Positions 37,883-52,945 are shown, counted from the whole stretch's first letter. The stretch: DNA of 60,119 bases, filler included, from Sluysia triapertura (GCA_046118255.1; 5 parts of 5 records of this genome joined end to end with filler, not necessarily neighbours in it), one strand, 5' to 3'. Notes: generated by a model not told the origin, from the sequence alone. A program made the numbers and translations.

Positions 37883-39939
37883 TGTTTTGTATAAACAGAA
37901 TGTAAATAGACACAAGATCTTTAAAAGATCCATAAGACTTCGCTAAATTATAAACAAATAAAAGAAATTGTATAACACGTTGGAAGATTAATTCAATTTA
38001 TGTATCGATTCCTCGATCGTAAGGCAGTTCAGTATTGTAAAAGATAACATAAAAGAACAAAAGAGTTACAAAATCAAGTGGATATTACAAATAATGAAAC
38101 AATTATAATTAACAAGAGACAAAATATTGGCAGAATTAATACTCCTTACAAAAGGAACCATTTCAAAAGTATGTTTAGTTTTATTGTAGTATGTTTTTCA
38201 CCATTTAAAGGCGAATAAAATCCACATAAATTAATCAAATTTTTGTACACCAATTTAAAAAGAAAAATCTGTTTTAAACTTAAATTACTATACTTAAAGA
38301 TCCAAAAAAACGCCTTTAAATATTTAAGGTTTAGTTTTTAATCCGTGAAATTTTTGTTGTGAATTATTTAACTATATTTTAAAAACTCTCATTTCTTTAA
38401 TTATCAAATATGCATTTATTTCTTATTTTATAAAGATCGTATAAGTATGAATAAAATATCTGATTAATTAACTAGGCCATTCATTGTTTTCACCTCATTT
38501 TAAAATTAAGATAAAATAATTGAGATAAACATTATTAAAAACTGATTGATTCTTGATTGAACACATAAATTAGAATTAAACAATAGATAAAGCATTAAGT
38601 AATCTTATTGTGTATGAAGGATTTATTGGGTCTATGTTTACTGCGGATAAAAAATTTGTACATAGTTGTATAGTTTCGTTACTGTTTGAAATTATATCTA
38701 TTTCTTGTTGAAAATTTGTGAACCGAGTTGCTATCATAAAGTTATAAATTAAGGAAGTATCGTATATTTTATAGAAAGATAAAAATGGTGTAATTTCGTT
38801 CAATGTATTTTTTACGAGTATTAAAATGAAGTAAATGATTAACTCTAATTAAAATTAAAATGAAATATAGCCCATTCATATTAATTACTGTTTTTATTAC
38901 GATATGTTTCAATAATAAAATTCCGCTCGAACTTATTTTAATCTGAATACCGAATTCCATGTACTTTTTTTTCTTTTTTCTTAAAATTTTAAAATTTATT
39001 ACTTTGGTGCATTGAAAAGTGGTTGTACTTGGGGTCAGATTTAGTCTACTTGTATGTTATAGTTTACATTACTCATTTCAAACTCGTAAACATTATGATT
39101 TATTCTTTCACAACTTGATGAACTAAATTGTTTATAAATCTCTTTCAAGTAGTTTAAAAATTTTTAAAGTTCGACTTCTCAAGTGATTAATATTTCGTTC
39201 TACGATTCTTCAAGTGACCTGCGAATAGGAAGAAAATCTTTTAACAACTTTGATTGTATATTAAACACGTTAGTTTTATCATTTAGGATTCGACTATTTT
39301 ATAAGTTCGAAAAATCTACCGATCATTTTTTGTTCCCCTTGTTTAAATAAGGTGGAAAATTCAATAAAAATTCTGATTATATTATAATCATTTTAAAATT
39401 TGTATCCTTTTTATTATTTATATATTGTACGTAATTTTTGTGTATAACTTTTAATAATACAATTTACCGAATTAATATATTTTATTTTAATTATATTTGA
39501 TAAATTTTTAAGGTCCCCGATTTTATTCGGTGGTAAACTCTCACGTTAAAATCACGAAAACAAAGAATAAAGTAATTAAGGGATGCCGTTTTTATACGGA
39601 CGAAAAATCCACGTAATCTTCGAAAGTTATAATTTAAAAACATTTTTTAATATCGAGAATATTAATCCAGATCTACATAGGATACGAAGCTCAAAAAAGT
39701 GATTTTATTTTAAAAAGAATTTTTTAAAAATTGTTGAGCCGAGTGACAAAAGTATTGAAGCATTCTATTTGATTTTTGCCACATTTTTATTTTATCGAAG
39801 CTGCAAAATATTCTGTTCAAATACCTCCACTGTTCCTCTTAATATTGCCTATAATTTTAGCCATTAAGTCTAAGGTTATAGGGAACTCACGTTAAAAAAT
39901 TAAGAAACTAAGAATCTTCACACTTTTCACATATTAACA
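37883..39939 (-). repeat. Long dispersed element, family H, copy 3
   Basis: Reverse complement shares TGTTAA..GTGAA, AACGTGAG.TCCCTATAA.CTTAGACTTA, CCGTATAAAAACGG (39586-99), CCGAATAAAATCGG (39517-30) and the hairpin at 39333-57. Flanks AAAA/AAAG. Confidence 0.72.
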
Positions 39940-40479
39940 AAAGTAATTCTTAAATGTGATTCGATTTATTCTGATTTATTTCTAATTTTATATTTTTCTT
40001 TATTTAGCGAAATATTTGAAGACTACAGGTGGCATGTTAGGAAATTTTAGACAAATAAAAAAACTTTTTGAATTTTAGTTTCCGTATTATAAAAATAGTA
40101 GATTTTCTTCGTTTTCTTACGTGCTTTTATGTTTAAAGAAGTTTAAATCAAGTTTTATAATAAAAATTTTAATAAAATGTAATATTAATAATCAAATTTG
40201 TTTCTTAATAACGGCTTTTAATAAAATTAAATCAAATTATTTAATAAATACAGCTAATCTTATAATAGTAATAAATAATATTAGACTCAACAACAAGCAT
40301 TACCACCAAAAACACATTAAAGGCGGGGGTCGTATTAGTACGGTTTGCAACGACATTGCGAAATCCATGCGTCACTTTACATTTGTATTTAGTATGTTTT
40401 GTGGCTTGAAGCTGTTTGGTTGTTCAAATTCTACTTACAGTAAATATTATTCCTCGCCTTTAATGTGTTAATATATACA

Positions 40480-41445
40480 TTTATTGTAAAGAATATCAAT
40501 ACCAATATATCACACATATATCAAAAAATTTATAAGCGTAATTTTCATTTTGTGTCACCAGTTTCTTCCCTGTCGTTCTTTCACTTGATACTCGAAATAT
40601 TTATTGATAATATTGTTATATATGTGATAATCACTATGTGTTATTATTATTATGATTTATTATTCATATTACGATTTATTTATAGTCAAGGTGAACTAAA
40701 TTATTGATATTTCATTAACTATTGTTTATATGTTAACTATTTTATTTAATTGTTTTTCATAAACTAATTTGTAATTTCTGGATTTTAAAGTTATAAAGTT
40801 TCAAAGTACATCTTATTTTTAAATTTTTATAAATATTTTATTAATTTTTAAATTTTCATAATATTCATTTTAATTTTCAAATATTAATTTTTAAATTGCA
40901 TTTTTAAAAATCTGTTTAAATTGCGTTTTAAAAAAACTGGTCAAGGTCAAGAAAAATTTACATAAATACGAGCATAATTGATTTAAATTTATAAATCTCT
41001 CATCTGCGAACAGTGGTAAAAGCAAATCGATAATTTCAACCAGAAAACAGAGTCCTTGATCAGCTTTTTGATTTTTCTTTTAAACATTAGTTTATTTGTG
41101 TTAAGGTTTGATATTCTAGTGATATCTCAGCAAAATGTAGGTAAAATCGATTAATATTAATTTTTGATCTTTTATTAGATCACCATAAAATCATTTACTA
41201 AAATCACATTAAAATTAGAATTATTTTTAATTCTAAGGTAAAGTTTTATTATCATTTTTGCCTGTAATTTATAAGTTCTTTTATTTGTACTGAATAAAAT
41301 TTTAATAACTACGAGTTTTTCTTTTTAGATAGTTTCAATTGTAAAATTTTTACTATCAAGACAGCGTTCTATAGTTAGATTTAATTCCAACTTCGTAAAA
41401 TAATTTTTAACGATCCTTTTCATAGGGTCCTCGTAAAATATTAAA
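40480..41445 (-). repeat. Divergent partial family H copy 4
   Basis: Minus strand has TTTTACG..CCCTATGAAAAGG, AAACTAATGTT, GAGAGATTTATAAA, CCTTGACC and GTGACACAAAATG in the same order as the other copies. Confidence 0.45.
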
Positions 41446-44400
41446 CTATGAAGAAGAATTAAACTTTTATTTCAGAATTTTAATGATTTTAATTAAAAGT
41501 AAATGAATAAATTTGAATAATGATTTCAAAATTTTAAATTGTTGAAAAACAAATAATGATTTTAAACAATCAAAGGATGATTTTAATTCTTGATGTTTAT
41601 TTAATAATCAAACCTTATGTGTATTTAGTGATTAAAAAGTATAAATAGGTTGAACTCTTATAACAACACATAATATAAAACTTGTGACTTAAAGATTTAA
41701 CGAATTTAAAGCTATGATATACAATTCATCAACAAATTGTTATGTTGGAAGACATTATAAACAGATTTTCTTATAATATCATTCAACAAATGAGTTAATT
41801 ATTTATTTTTATTTAAATTCTTGTATAATTTTCAGCCAGTTATAAAATCTATTCTTAAAATCTACTTTAGGTTGTACCAAATGCAATAAAGTTTTATTAA
41901 TTATTGATGTGTATAATTTATATCAACCTTGTTCTAAGTTTTATTTTGATAATATAAAATCCTATAGGTGCGTCGTTAAGTATAACGTAAAGAGCATAAT
42001 CCATAAGTGAATACAAAAGTAAATAAGTAAAATTTAAAAAATTGATTTTTTAATAAATTGTTAAGAAAAAAATTTTCAAAGTTATTCTTTTGCGATGCTA
42101 GGTATTAAATGATGTTTGACTGTAAAAGTTAAATATTTACAATACATTTTTGGTGAATTGTTTATCTATTCAATATATTTTGTCTATATTTTGTAATAAA
42201 CTATCTATTATTTTATAATTTTTTTATTTATGACAATAATTTTTGTAAAAATGTTGCCTATTGCAGAAATAAATAACAAATAATAAATGTTAATGCAGTG
42301 CAGAAATTCTTGGACATGCTATTTTTAATAAAATGCACCAAATTTCACAGTTTGTTATTGAATGTATTTCTTTTTGAAATAATCAAACAATGGACCTAGA
42401 TTTTTTCGTTACATTCCCATGACAATGCGTTTATTTTTGGCAACATTTTTCCATGGCAAGTTATCTGAGATAAGATAAAGAACTGTTTGCATTTGGGAAT
42501 AATTTATTTATGGTATATTTGAATTTGTTTAGAGTTATAAATTTGATATTTTTTGTTCCTTTATTATGTCCTGTACAATTAGCTACTTGAGCCTCAAAAT
42601 TCAGTGAATAAATAACAATTGTAGTGTTTGCATCATTATAGCGAATGGATAATTTAGTTGAAACGTGAGCAAAAAGTTCATAGAGGCGTCTGAAAAGGAA
42701 ACAATGGTAATAAGTAATGGAAATATTAATATTTATACAAAATCGTAATAGTCTGAAGATGTTGGTTCTTAAACAGAATCGTCTTAAAAATTCTTCGCTG
42801 CACAGGTCTTGCTAAGTATTATTTATTTCTTAGTAGGTTAAAAAGGCTGCTGTCAGAATATTAATATCCACCTCGACAAAGAAGTTACAGCACTGATAGT
42901 TAGTTCTAAATAGAACTCAGTATTGCAAAGGTTGCGATACTTGATGAATATTAATTATGTGAATTGGAGCGTTTTATGATGAACTTTGAAACAGGTGAGG
43001 AAATATTTATTTTAAAATAATTCGTTTTGGTAAAATAATAAGCCCTTAATTGTGTAAGACTTGAATCAAAGATGAACTCACTAAGATTTTAAATATTCAA
43101 TTTATGATCGTCGATTATAAACACCTGAATTCTACGAAACATGATGCAGAAACAGCGCAAAAATAGTTAATTTTAATTAATTTTCTTTTGTAGTAAAGTT
43201 AAATTATTGTGCTCTAATAATCATATCTAGTAAATGTGTATCAAATTAATGCTCATTTTAAAATCATTTTATATTTTAAGAAATTATTTTATAGGCATTT
43301 AATGTAAATTTGTAATATATTTTGACAAAATAATAGACAGCAAAGGTATATCAAAATCGCAAATTGAGCATTATAGATGATACATAATCGTAAAAAAACT
43401 CATTAAACATTAATATTTTGCACAATTCCGTTATTATTTTTAAGGTATAAGACATTTAAAAATAGATTAAGCACTTGTATATTAACAAATACTCATGACT
43501 TTTACTTAATTGAATTTGAAGAATGACGGATATTCCTTTATGCTTACGTTTATCTCACTGTAAGTTTATATAAAGCTTACAAAAGCCTACATTAAAATTA
43601 TAAAAATTTAGCGTATTGTATACAATTCCATTTTTTAACCCTCAAAAAAATAATAACGTCAACAAGCTATGTTTTATCGATAATATTAAAAAAAACAAGA
43701 ACCATATACTAAAAACGTCAAGTAGTTTTTGAATTGTTTTGTAACTTAAAAAATGTCCTCTAAAAACCTCTATTCTAAAACAGCGCAGTAAGGTACAATA
43801 CTTAATTCGTAATTTAAACCCTTATATTTTATAATATTTATCTTTAAATTCATGTCCCACAATCTTTAAATTGATGGCATAGAACTTTAAATTACATTTA
43901 TTTTAAAATTCGTGTCACAAATTTAGACTTATGATGATCATCTTGAAACTTATAGCATAAATTTTACATTTGTAACAGTCATCTTTAAACTGTGTGAAAG
44001 CTTTATCACAAAATTTCACAATGTTTATCACAAAATTTAACAAGTATTAAATTAGCACATCCTCGTTTATTAGTTTAATTAAGTAATTCAGCGTCTAAAC
44101 TAATATCATTATCGATGTAACCTTAATAAAGATCGAGATGGAGTTTTAAACGGATATTTTTCATTATTTTATTTTCTTAGGAACTTTCAAAACTTTCAAA
44201 TTTTTACTATGAAGTTTCTAAATTATTAACCCCATTTAATTTATTATTTATATCGTTAAGTACAAAATAAAAATGCATCCCAGACAATTAATAAGTTGTT
44301 TGCAAACATTGCAATAATGAATTAAATTAACATTTGTACTATTTTATATAAGTGATGATTTCATTTCTGCAGTTAAAAGTGCAATAAAAATTTTATTTAA

Positions 44401-44467
44401 AAATTAAAACTAAATTGAATTCAACTTAGAAGATCGACCTAGTCAACACAGATTTTTAAGAAAAAGA

Positions 44468-44525
<58 letters not shown>

Positions 44526-45460
44526 GCAAGATAATAATACAAATAATACAAATATATTGAATTAAGTTATAAAATCGAGAATAAACATTTTAACAATTAC
44601 ATAATTAAATTATCAAGAGTACTTGAAATAGTGACACTTATTAAAAATTGGTAAAGATTTAAATCAAATATTTGCCATGATTATTAAATTTAGACTAAAG
44701 AACTTGGCACACCACAATTACTTTGAGTTAGTTAGATGACTGTTATCACAAAATTCAATATTTTTGGACAATTGCTGTGTGATGATAAGTTGGAAATCGA
44801 TCGAAAAACGACGGACAATCGACGAAGATTAATGTCAAATTTTTAATAACTAAAATTGGTCAACTTAAGATCAAATCATGTAAGGTCGACAAATTATAAA
44901 ATTAATGTAATATTAGTGTTAATAATATTATCTTAATAATGAAAATAAAATATTAATATTAATAATAATTTTATATATAAAAATATTTAAACCATGATAA
45001 ATATCTTAATAGTATATCTTAATAAATAACTTTTAAGGTCACAACCAGAAAATTTCCAATGAGTAAAATTAAGTACTAATAAGTTTTATAAAAATGAATG
45101 CCAAAATAAATGCTTACAATTGAAATGCATCGATAAATTTAGGCACTGTTAATAGTACGATGATTTTAAAACTCATCACAAAAAATTGGCAATGAAAAAG
45201 TAGCAGTAGTTGAAAAATGTTCATATAAAAATATCTCGGCAACAAATTTTATCACAATTTTATTATTTTGTGACAAATAAATTAAACCTTTGAGAGAAAC
45301 GTTGAACCAGTTAACTCAGTATGGAGAACAACTTATATCTGTGTAATGTGAAAGTCTCTGCTGAATGCTAAATGTTAGGAAATTTCTATTCTGGTACTGA
45401 AATTTATATATATTGTGCCGTATTTTAATGGCATGTTTTTATAACGCGACTGGTTCATAT

Positions 45461-45603
45461 TGTTGGGATATAGGCCTAAAGTGGCATTTGGTATAATTGA
45501 ATATAATAATCTAAAATTACTAGACGGGGTTGATAGTTCAGTGGTACAACATCGAAATGCGCAGCGAGAGATTCCGGGTCAGTCCATTTTATGAAGTCTA
45601 ACA
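45461..45603 (+). mobile_element. ~143-bp LTR-like element carrying a decayed tRNA-like gene, copy 2
   Basis: TGTTGGG...GTCTAACA with a perfect ATAT TSD (45457-60, 45604-07). The tRNA-like part starts at 45527 and has a T-arm deletion. Confidence 0.78.
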
Positions 45604-45804
45604 ATATAAATGATTTTGAATATTAATTAATTTTGTTAAAATCAATTATATTGAAATTTGAACTCGTTTGATTTTGATTTGAAAACAGATTTTTGTTAAT
45701 TTCATTAATTGAATGAATTAAGAGTTTAATAGAAAAATAAATATTATCGTTTATTTAAATTTGTACAGTTTAAAAATAAAATTTAATAAAAGTTATGTAA
45801 TAAC

Positions 45805-45985
45805 TTGAGATGCATCAAAAGTCCAAGACCCAAACTTCATATCACAACTTTGTTGATCAAAAGGAAAATATTCAACTCGAATGGTACACGAACTAATAAA
45901 AATAGCTGGCGGAATCCATAATACTTCACCACTGTATTCAACAAGTACATTAGGATTCCATGATACTTCATAATTACCATCAGCA
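45805..45985 (-). CDS. Nicotinic acetylcholine receptor subunit, ligand-binding/Cys-loop exon
   Basis: [15 protein letters not shown]...[42 protein letters not shown] contains the C-x13-C Cys loop. AG at 45987-86, donor GTTATT. Other exons not identified. Confidence 0.93.
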
Positions 45986-48007
45986 CTAAAATAATAAATT
46001 TTTATATACTTTTTTTGCAACTATTAAAATACTTATAATAAATATAAATAATTTACAAATCATAGTTTATTCGAAATTTTGTTATTTTATCTCTAAATTT
46101 TATCAATCTATCTTTTATAAAATAAAATATAGTATTATTTAAAAGCGATAGATGTTCATTTGCTTTTATAACTGCAGATAAGTCCGACTTTAGCTCGACA
46201 TTGTTTATCAAGATAAAAAATAATTACTACTTACTATAAAACATAATTAAAATTATGAACAAAATATTTATAACTCTTAATTATAATTTAATTATTAATA
46301 TGTTTTATATTTAAAAGCATTGCCAAAATACTTTCATTAATTTTATTACATTTAAAACGTTTAAAAAATTAAACCCAATGACCGATGGTATTTAAAAGGC
46401 TTCTATATTTTTGAAATTTTTAGAAATTCGTAATTATTATGTAAGACTTCTGAAAATAAACTAAAATTTGCAACATGAATTGACAAAAAGGATAACATTA
46501 TCGGCAACTGATGTGAACTTACAATATTGTTAAGTTCAAACTTACATAAAATAAAATTAAATTTTATGCAATCATTATCTATTCATTTACATGAGTAGAT
46601 AATAAAAAAATTATTTTAATTTTTTTAAAGTTACAAATATAAGTATTTAAAATATGCCCAAAAATAATTCAACGTGGTTGAATTTCATTGGTGAATGATT
46701 AGTAAATATTTATGTCAATGTAAAATTCAAATAAGACAAAATCAATTTTCAATTTTTGCAAAATTATTTTTGTTTGCTCATTTTGTTCAAGATATCCGCC
46801 ATATTTATGTTTTTTTATGTTTCACATTAAAAAGTAATAGTTAATAAATCATTGATTTTTTTCGACTTAGTGAAAATTATTGATATTTTTGTAAACAAAT
46901 GAAATATTTGTTAAAATGCTCTAGAAAAACGACTAAATAATTACCACAAATTTTATTTCAATAATTGCTTTGTAACACTTGTATTTTTAATATTATTATT
47001 TTTAAAAATCTGCCACGTTTCTCTGATTCAAAAAATAATTAAATTATAAAAAAGCCAAATGTCAATTAAAAATAAATTAATAATTTGTGGATTGAATGTG
47101 ACAATATTTTTACACGAAATTATTTTCTTCAAATTGAAAATTGTGCGGTATTTTAGTATTATTTAAAATGCAATTTTTATGATTCCATTTTTAGACAAAA
47201 AATTAATCTAATTGGAAATTCATGGCAATAATTATTCTAAGCAATTTGATATATAAAATCTTAACACAGTGAAGACGTCATGTGATGAAAAGCATATAGC
47301 CTAAATTTCTGCATATTTTGGTGAAATTATGTAAATTAAAAGTATAATACATTATTAAAATTTATGAGCACATAAATTCACATAATATGAATTCACGTCA
47401 TCCGTCTTCAATGATTTAAAATTCATTTTTATTAATTACATAAGAATTTAATATATTATTTATAAACTCAAATAATGCATAACAATTATATTTAACTGAA
47501 AATTTAAAAGCGAAATATCTATAAAACATATTATTATTTTTCCATTTTATGTGAAATAGAATATTTTCATTAATTTTCACAGTTTTGTTTGTTCGAAGTA
47601 TTACAAAATTTCTTTATTACATAAACATATATTTGTTAAATAATTATTTTTACCATTGTTTTATTTATGTATAATTAAACAAGACATTTTGTTTGAATAA
47701 ATTATCTATATTATATTAAATTAATCTAAATTTAATCTACTTACACTTTAATAAATAAAAATAATTATTTCTATGATATAATTATAAATTTATTTTAATA
47801 ATTAATTATTTAAAACTCTCAATTGAATAAGGAAAAAGTATTATAATAAATATGTATATATAATTCAAACAGTATATAATTCTACTTTTATTTGTCAATA
47901 TAAATTTATAAATGTCTATTAATCAGGAACAAAAATGAAATTAATTAGAATAAAGTATATATTTTCAAAATATTCTTACTAATTATTAGATTTTATTATT
48001 ATTATTA

Positions 48008-48057
<50 letters not shown>

Positions 48058-48069
48058 GTTATTATTATT

Positions 48070-48169
48070 NNNNNNNNNNNNNNNNNNNNNNNNNNNNNNN
48101 NNNNNNNNNNNNNTTAATTAATTAANNNNNNNNNNNNNNNNNNNNNNNNNNNNNNNNNNNNNNNNNNNN
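48070..48169. other. Assembly spacer (44 N + TTAATTAATTAA + 44 N)
   Basis: Direct reading. Confidence 0.97.
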
Positions 48170-48938
48170 TTTCTTGATATTGGCACTAGCAATACTAGTC
48201 TGACTTGTTAAATCAATCTTAGTATTTGGATCTTGGTTTTGAACTTACCAATTCTGCTCTTTATCATTGTTCAATTCAGCAGAATCTCCTCGTAATGGAG
48301 ACATCACATGTTTGATGGCCAAGCAGCAGATATCTTTGTCGCACTGATTGTTGATATTAGAATGATATTTTTTGATAAATTTTCTTATTACTTCAATATT
48401 ATCAACAGTAACAATCTTTTTAAAATAATTATTGATATTGATCATTTTTTATCGATTACTTTTAATACTTTTTACTGCAAGGCCTGGATAGGTTAATTTG
48501 AACTTTCCAATCAGGTGCTTTTTATGCTTCTAGTTATTGTTTTATTATTTATTATCGTTATTATTTGAGGTTGTTATTAAGGTTAACTGCGATTATTTCG
48601 TAGGAAATTATTTTTAGTGAATATGTGAGACATTTAAACTACGGAAAAGTTCTTACCGTATTAGAATTAGCGTCATGGAGTGATCGATATCACATGTTTT
48701 GCGTACTTGGTAGAAATGCATAAGTGGAAGGTTGTAATGTTTGTGATCTTTACGAATTATGGATGATTGTATTTAAAGATTTGATGAATTTGTAAGTTGT
48801 GTCAATGTTTTAAAAATGTGATTTGATTGCTGAGTGTGGTAAATGATAAAAATTCAGTGCCATAAAAATGTTGAAAGATTCATGAACTAGCGAATGTTAA
48901 AATTGTAAGTTAAAGATTAAGCAACAACAATTAGTATG

Positions 48939-49421
48939 TGTTGGGATTGCCCAACTGTGGGTCAGGATATGAATGAGAAACATAGAGAACTATAAAATGA
49001 AGGAAAAATTAATAGATATAACATTAAAACATTGTTATGAAGATGAAGACATCTATAACAATATTACAGCTGAAGAATACCTTGGAGTTCCAAAGAACTT
49101 CTGAACCTTGAAATTATTTAAGACTTTATTGACCTCTAAGTAATCTTGAAACCTTGATAAGCATTTATGATTTTATTGAGCAGTTGAAATCCTTAACATA
49201 TTTGAGAAACAAAATCATTGTTACTAATATTTAAGATAAATTTGATACGGTAATAATTAACGTAAAGAGTGGTTACGATGAAAGCATCTAGAAACTCCTG
49301 ACTACCTTATAAAGTACTAAACAATTGTAAAACCTTAATCAAACCTTTAAAATGTGATAAAGTCTAAAAATAGATTAATTAATTAAAATCTTAATTAACT
49401 TAATTAAGAAAAGTACGTTCT
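48939..49421 (+). mobile_element. Solo LTR (family L)
   Basis: Starts TGTTGGGAT and is homologous to the reverse complement of 53020-53882. TATG on both flanks; the 3' terminus is degenerate. Confidence 0.7.
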
Positions 49422-50982
49422 TATGAATAATGATAGAGTACAGGATGTTATGCCAAAGTAGAAACTGTGTATGTATTTGGTTTAAAAAGATCTTTTGATG
49501 AAGGTACGATTTAATGTAGTTCATGAAAGAAAAGCCTTAATATTGAGAAAAGTCACATTTTAATTAATGTTAATGTTGAATGTTTAATTTTTAATACTTA
49601 GAATGATGAAATTATAATGAACTCAATACGAGATGATTGCTATGAAAGAGAAGAATCTAAAAGTGAGTTTGAAATGTTTGTAGAGTGGTTTCTTGAGAAT
49701 AAGAACATTTTTCATTAGAAAATTGGACGTAAAAATCAATTATTTTAATGTGAGAAGTAATTTAAGTAAAAATAGGTCGAGCAGAATAGAAGAAAATAAT
49801 AGATGATCATAAATCAATTTTTGAGTTTTGTATCTAATAAAGTTTGACTAGACGTGCCAGGTACTGTCAAAGTTATTGTCTATTTAATTCTCAAAGAGTG
49901 TTGCGGTGATTTTTATGAGAGAATGAATGATCAATGAGAAAGTATAAAAGAGAATATTTGAAAATTTTAAAACACAATATGTAACGAAACTTTAATGTTG
50001 CTGCTAAAGATCCATGTAAACTAGTTATCTTGGAAAACTTCCAATTTAATTATTTTGTCTCTCAATTAATCGACAAAGTCGGTTTGTAGTTAATAAATTT
50101 TATTTAGAAGAGCTTAATTAGTGAATTGTAATTTTTGTGTATATTGGAAGTTATATTGAGATTGCAGACTAATTCGATTATTGAAATTTGTTATTTATAT
50201 ACAAATTATTTTGCAAATAATTGATTTGATTTTGTTAGTTGCATCATATCTAGTTTTTTGCAATAAAGTATTGTGCTCTTAATAGTTATAAAATTAGTGT
50301 TAATTATGAGATTTAGTCATTTTTATTTAATTCTTTTGTATTATTGTTAAAGTAAAAACTGATGGTAACAATTTGTATTTGATTTTGTAATTATTAAATT
50401 ATCGAGTTACCTTTATTAATTTAAACCGAATAACGTAACAATTTGGTTTTAATAAAAACCATTGTTAAAAAAGTGGATTTGCTACAATTTTGTATTTATT
50501 AAATTTATTGAGATTCTCTAGACTAAATTGATTTGTTATTGAGTTATTGTTACTGATAAATAAAGAAGCAAGATAAGAAACCAACTTTATTTCAAGATTT
50601 TGCATAAAAGGAGGGTAGTACATTACTGAATAATTTTGCAACTTTCATTCTTATTCTATTTGGTTTATTTGTCTACTATGTATTCTGGAAGTGAATTTAT
50701 TCATGTTTATTCGATAATTTCCACCGTGTTTCTGAGTACTTTTTGATGTTTAAGAAGATACCTTTTGAGTTTTTATCCGTTTTGAGTTCTAAAGTGAATT
50801 TCCATAGATAATTTGATATTTTTGATTGTGTAAGTAAGAGAAAGGTTCTATTTTTATGTCATTGTCATTGTCGACATTTCTTTCAATATACTGAATGAGG
50901 AGTCAGACACTGAATACACTTGAAAGGATTGATTATGAAATACACTGAAACATATAATAAAATCGATTTTGTATTGATTTAG

Positions 50983-51090
50983 CAAGAAGCCAGGAAACAT
51001 TATGGTTGTAGTGATATTGATGCCGTTGACTTGGAAGATGGTGGAGGTAGTGGATCTGCATTATCGCATTTCGACGAATTAATTGCTCAT
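50983..51090 (+). CDS. LMLN: Leishmanolysin-like / invadolysin M8 metallopeptidase exon (third Zn-ligand His)
   Basis: QEARKHYGCSDIDAVDLEDGGGSGSALSHFDELIAH; AG/GTTAGT, phase 0-0. Confidence 0.92.
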
Positions 51091-51347
51091 GTTAGTTTAC
51101 ACTGTTCTTCCTATTGTAATATAATTATAATTAATACGTGGATTCAATTGTTTAACAAATGAATATTGAGTAGTCCATTATGAATGACAGTATCGACGAA
51201 TACAACAAGTAATACATTCATAGACGAATGAGGTAATTCCGGCGAAAAATCGATATTAATTAATTTTGATTATAAATTTAATAGGCGCAACTCAAAAATA
51301 TCAAAGATTGGTTAGAAAGCATTGCACATGTCATAATTATAGTTGAA

Positions 51348-51870
51348 CATGGTGTGGTGGTCAAACTCATTACAACTTATTTTATTATAAAATCAACTTA
51401 TAACAAAATTAACAAAATTCTCAGTCTAAATCATATAATCCTTAAACATTTCGCAGTCTTTCTTACATTTTATATCTTAAAACCTTCACAATTAAGTAAC
51501 TCACAATGTCAGTCAATCAAACATTTTAAATGTTAACGTCATATTGGACAAATTCACCCTACAAATCATCCACAAACTGAAACAATTAAGTTAAATACAA
51601 TAATAAAGGAAGAGTAAACATATTTCATTGAATTCATTTAAGATATACACATTTTTAGAACACAATATTAATTTACAATAGCACATACATTTAACGAACT
51701 CATTCTATAAACCATGTAGAACTTAAATAATTTATATTACTGCAACACAATCACCTAAACTCACTTCATATTACACCTTTAGAAATCACTAAATAAACAC
51801 ACACTTTAATACTCCCACAATTTAAATATTCCACACTTCCACACTTCCAGATCTGATACACAAATACCAA
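51348..51870 (+). repeat. C/A-skewed dispersed repeat (possible old solo LTR)
   Basis: Same start motif and composition as 15789-16560; no TSD resolved. Confidence 0.4.
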
Positions 51871-52865
51871 ATAATTTGTCAATTTATGCACAGATCGTGC
51901 AAGAATTAAAGATCAGACATAAAAAGCTTACTTAATTTAAGCCGCAATTCTTCTTGGATAATTTCATTGTTTTTATGTATTCTATACTTCAGAATTAATT
52001 AATTTAGTAATCAAGTTTTTAGTGCCAACAGTTCTTTCAATGTGTCGATTTATCAAGTGTTTTTGGAGCATTAAATGTAGAACACGTTTCTCAACTGATT
52101 GTAGACACATTGAAGCTGTTAATTACAGTTTCATTGCTTAGATTTTCGTGAAAGTTTCCTCGATAATAATTATAAATTGTTAAATCGTGATTATTTCATT
52201 TGTCTTAGCTTAACTATAAATGTTTCATCTTTTACATTTGCCTACCCTGTAAATATCAAAATACTGTAATTTATCATCAGATAAAATCTAATTAAGATAC
52301 ATGAAATAAATCTAAGCTGGACACTAATATCTGAAACTAATTTAAATAAGATGACAATGAATGTCTTGGGAAACAAAGAAATAATAAGAGTTAGATTGCT
52401 GCACAAAAAATACAATGCAATACGAAATAAAAAGATCAAGCATTTCTAATAATAACCCATCCTAGAAGTACTTCACTGTAAAGTACATGTTAGTATTAGT
52501 AATGTGTTACGTCTTACAACTCTAACAGATGTTCTTGATTATATATCAACTCATCTTGACGACAATATTTTAAGAATTATTTGACAATGTTTGCTTATAC
52601 CAACCTTCTGATAAAGCCTTTCTTGAGTAAACAGATGGCTCTTATTCGTGTTAATACAATAATCACCACTCGGTCCATCCATGTTTTATCTGTAAAATAT
52701 AACTTACAATGATATTATTCATAAATATAGATTTAACATTAGAAAAATTGATATTTGCGTGATCGTTATATTCAGCAACCATGACACCAAAAGAAGACAA
52801 AAGATGAGATGAGAGAAGATGCATAATTTTATATTTATATTATAATTTATTTTAATTCATATTAG

Positions 52866-52945
52866 GAGGAAATTATGTCACCAGAAGCTACAATTAATGG
52901 CGTGTACATTTCGAATTTAACATTGGCTCTCTTATACGATACTGG
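52866..52945 (+). CDS. LMLN: Leishmanolysin-like exon (Met-turn)
   Basis: EEIMSPEATINGVYISNLTLALLYDTG; AG/GTTAGT, phase 0-2. Confidence 0.92.

Noticed and set aside
41930-42800. Possible decayed GPCR on the minus strand (hydrophobic stretches, VSFSD)
   Set aside because: Too many stops and frameshifts; hydrophobic translation is expected from AT-rich DNA.
48178-48240. TTGGCACTAGCA, resembling miR-96
   Set aside because: No complementary arm for the seed region, so no precursor hairpin.
48878-48910. IHELANVKI followed by GTAAGT as the missing HExxH exon of the M8 peptidase
   Set aside because: The second His is absent, in-frame stops lie just upstream, and it sits in repeat-like sequence.
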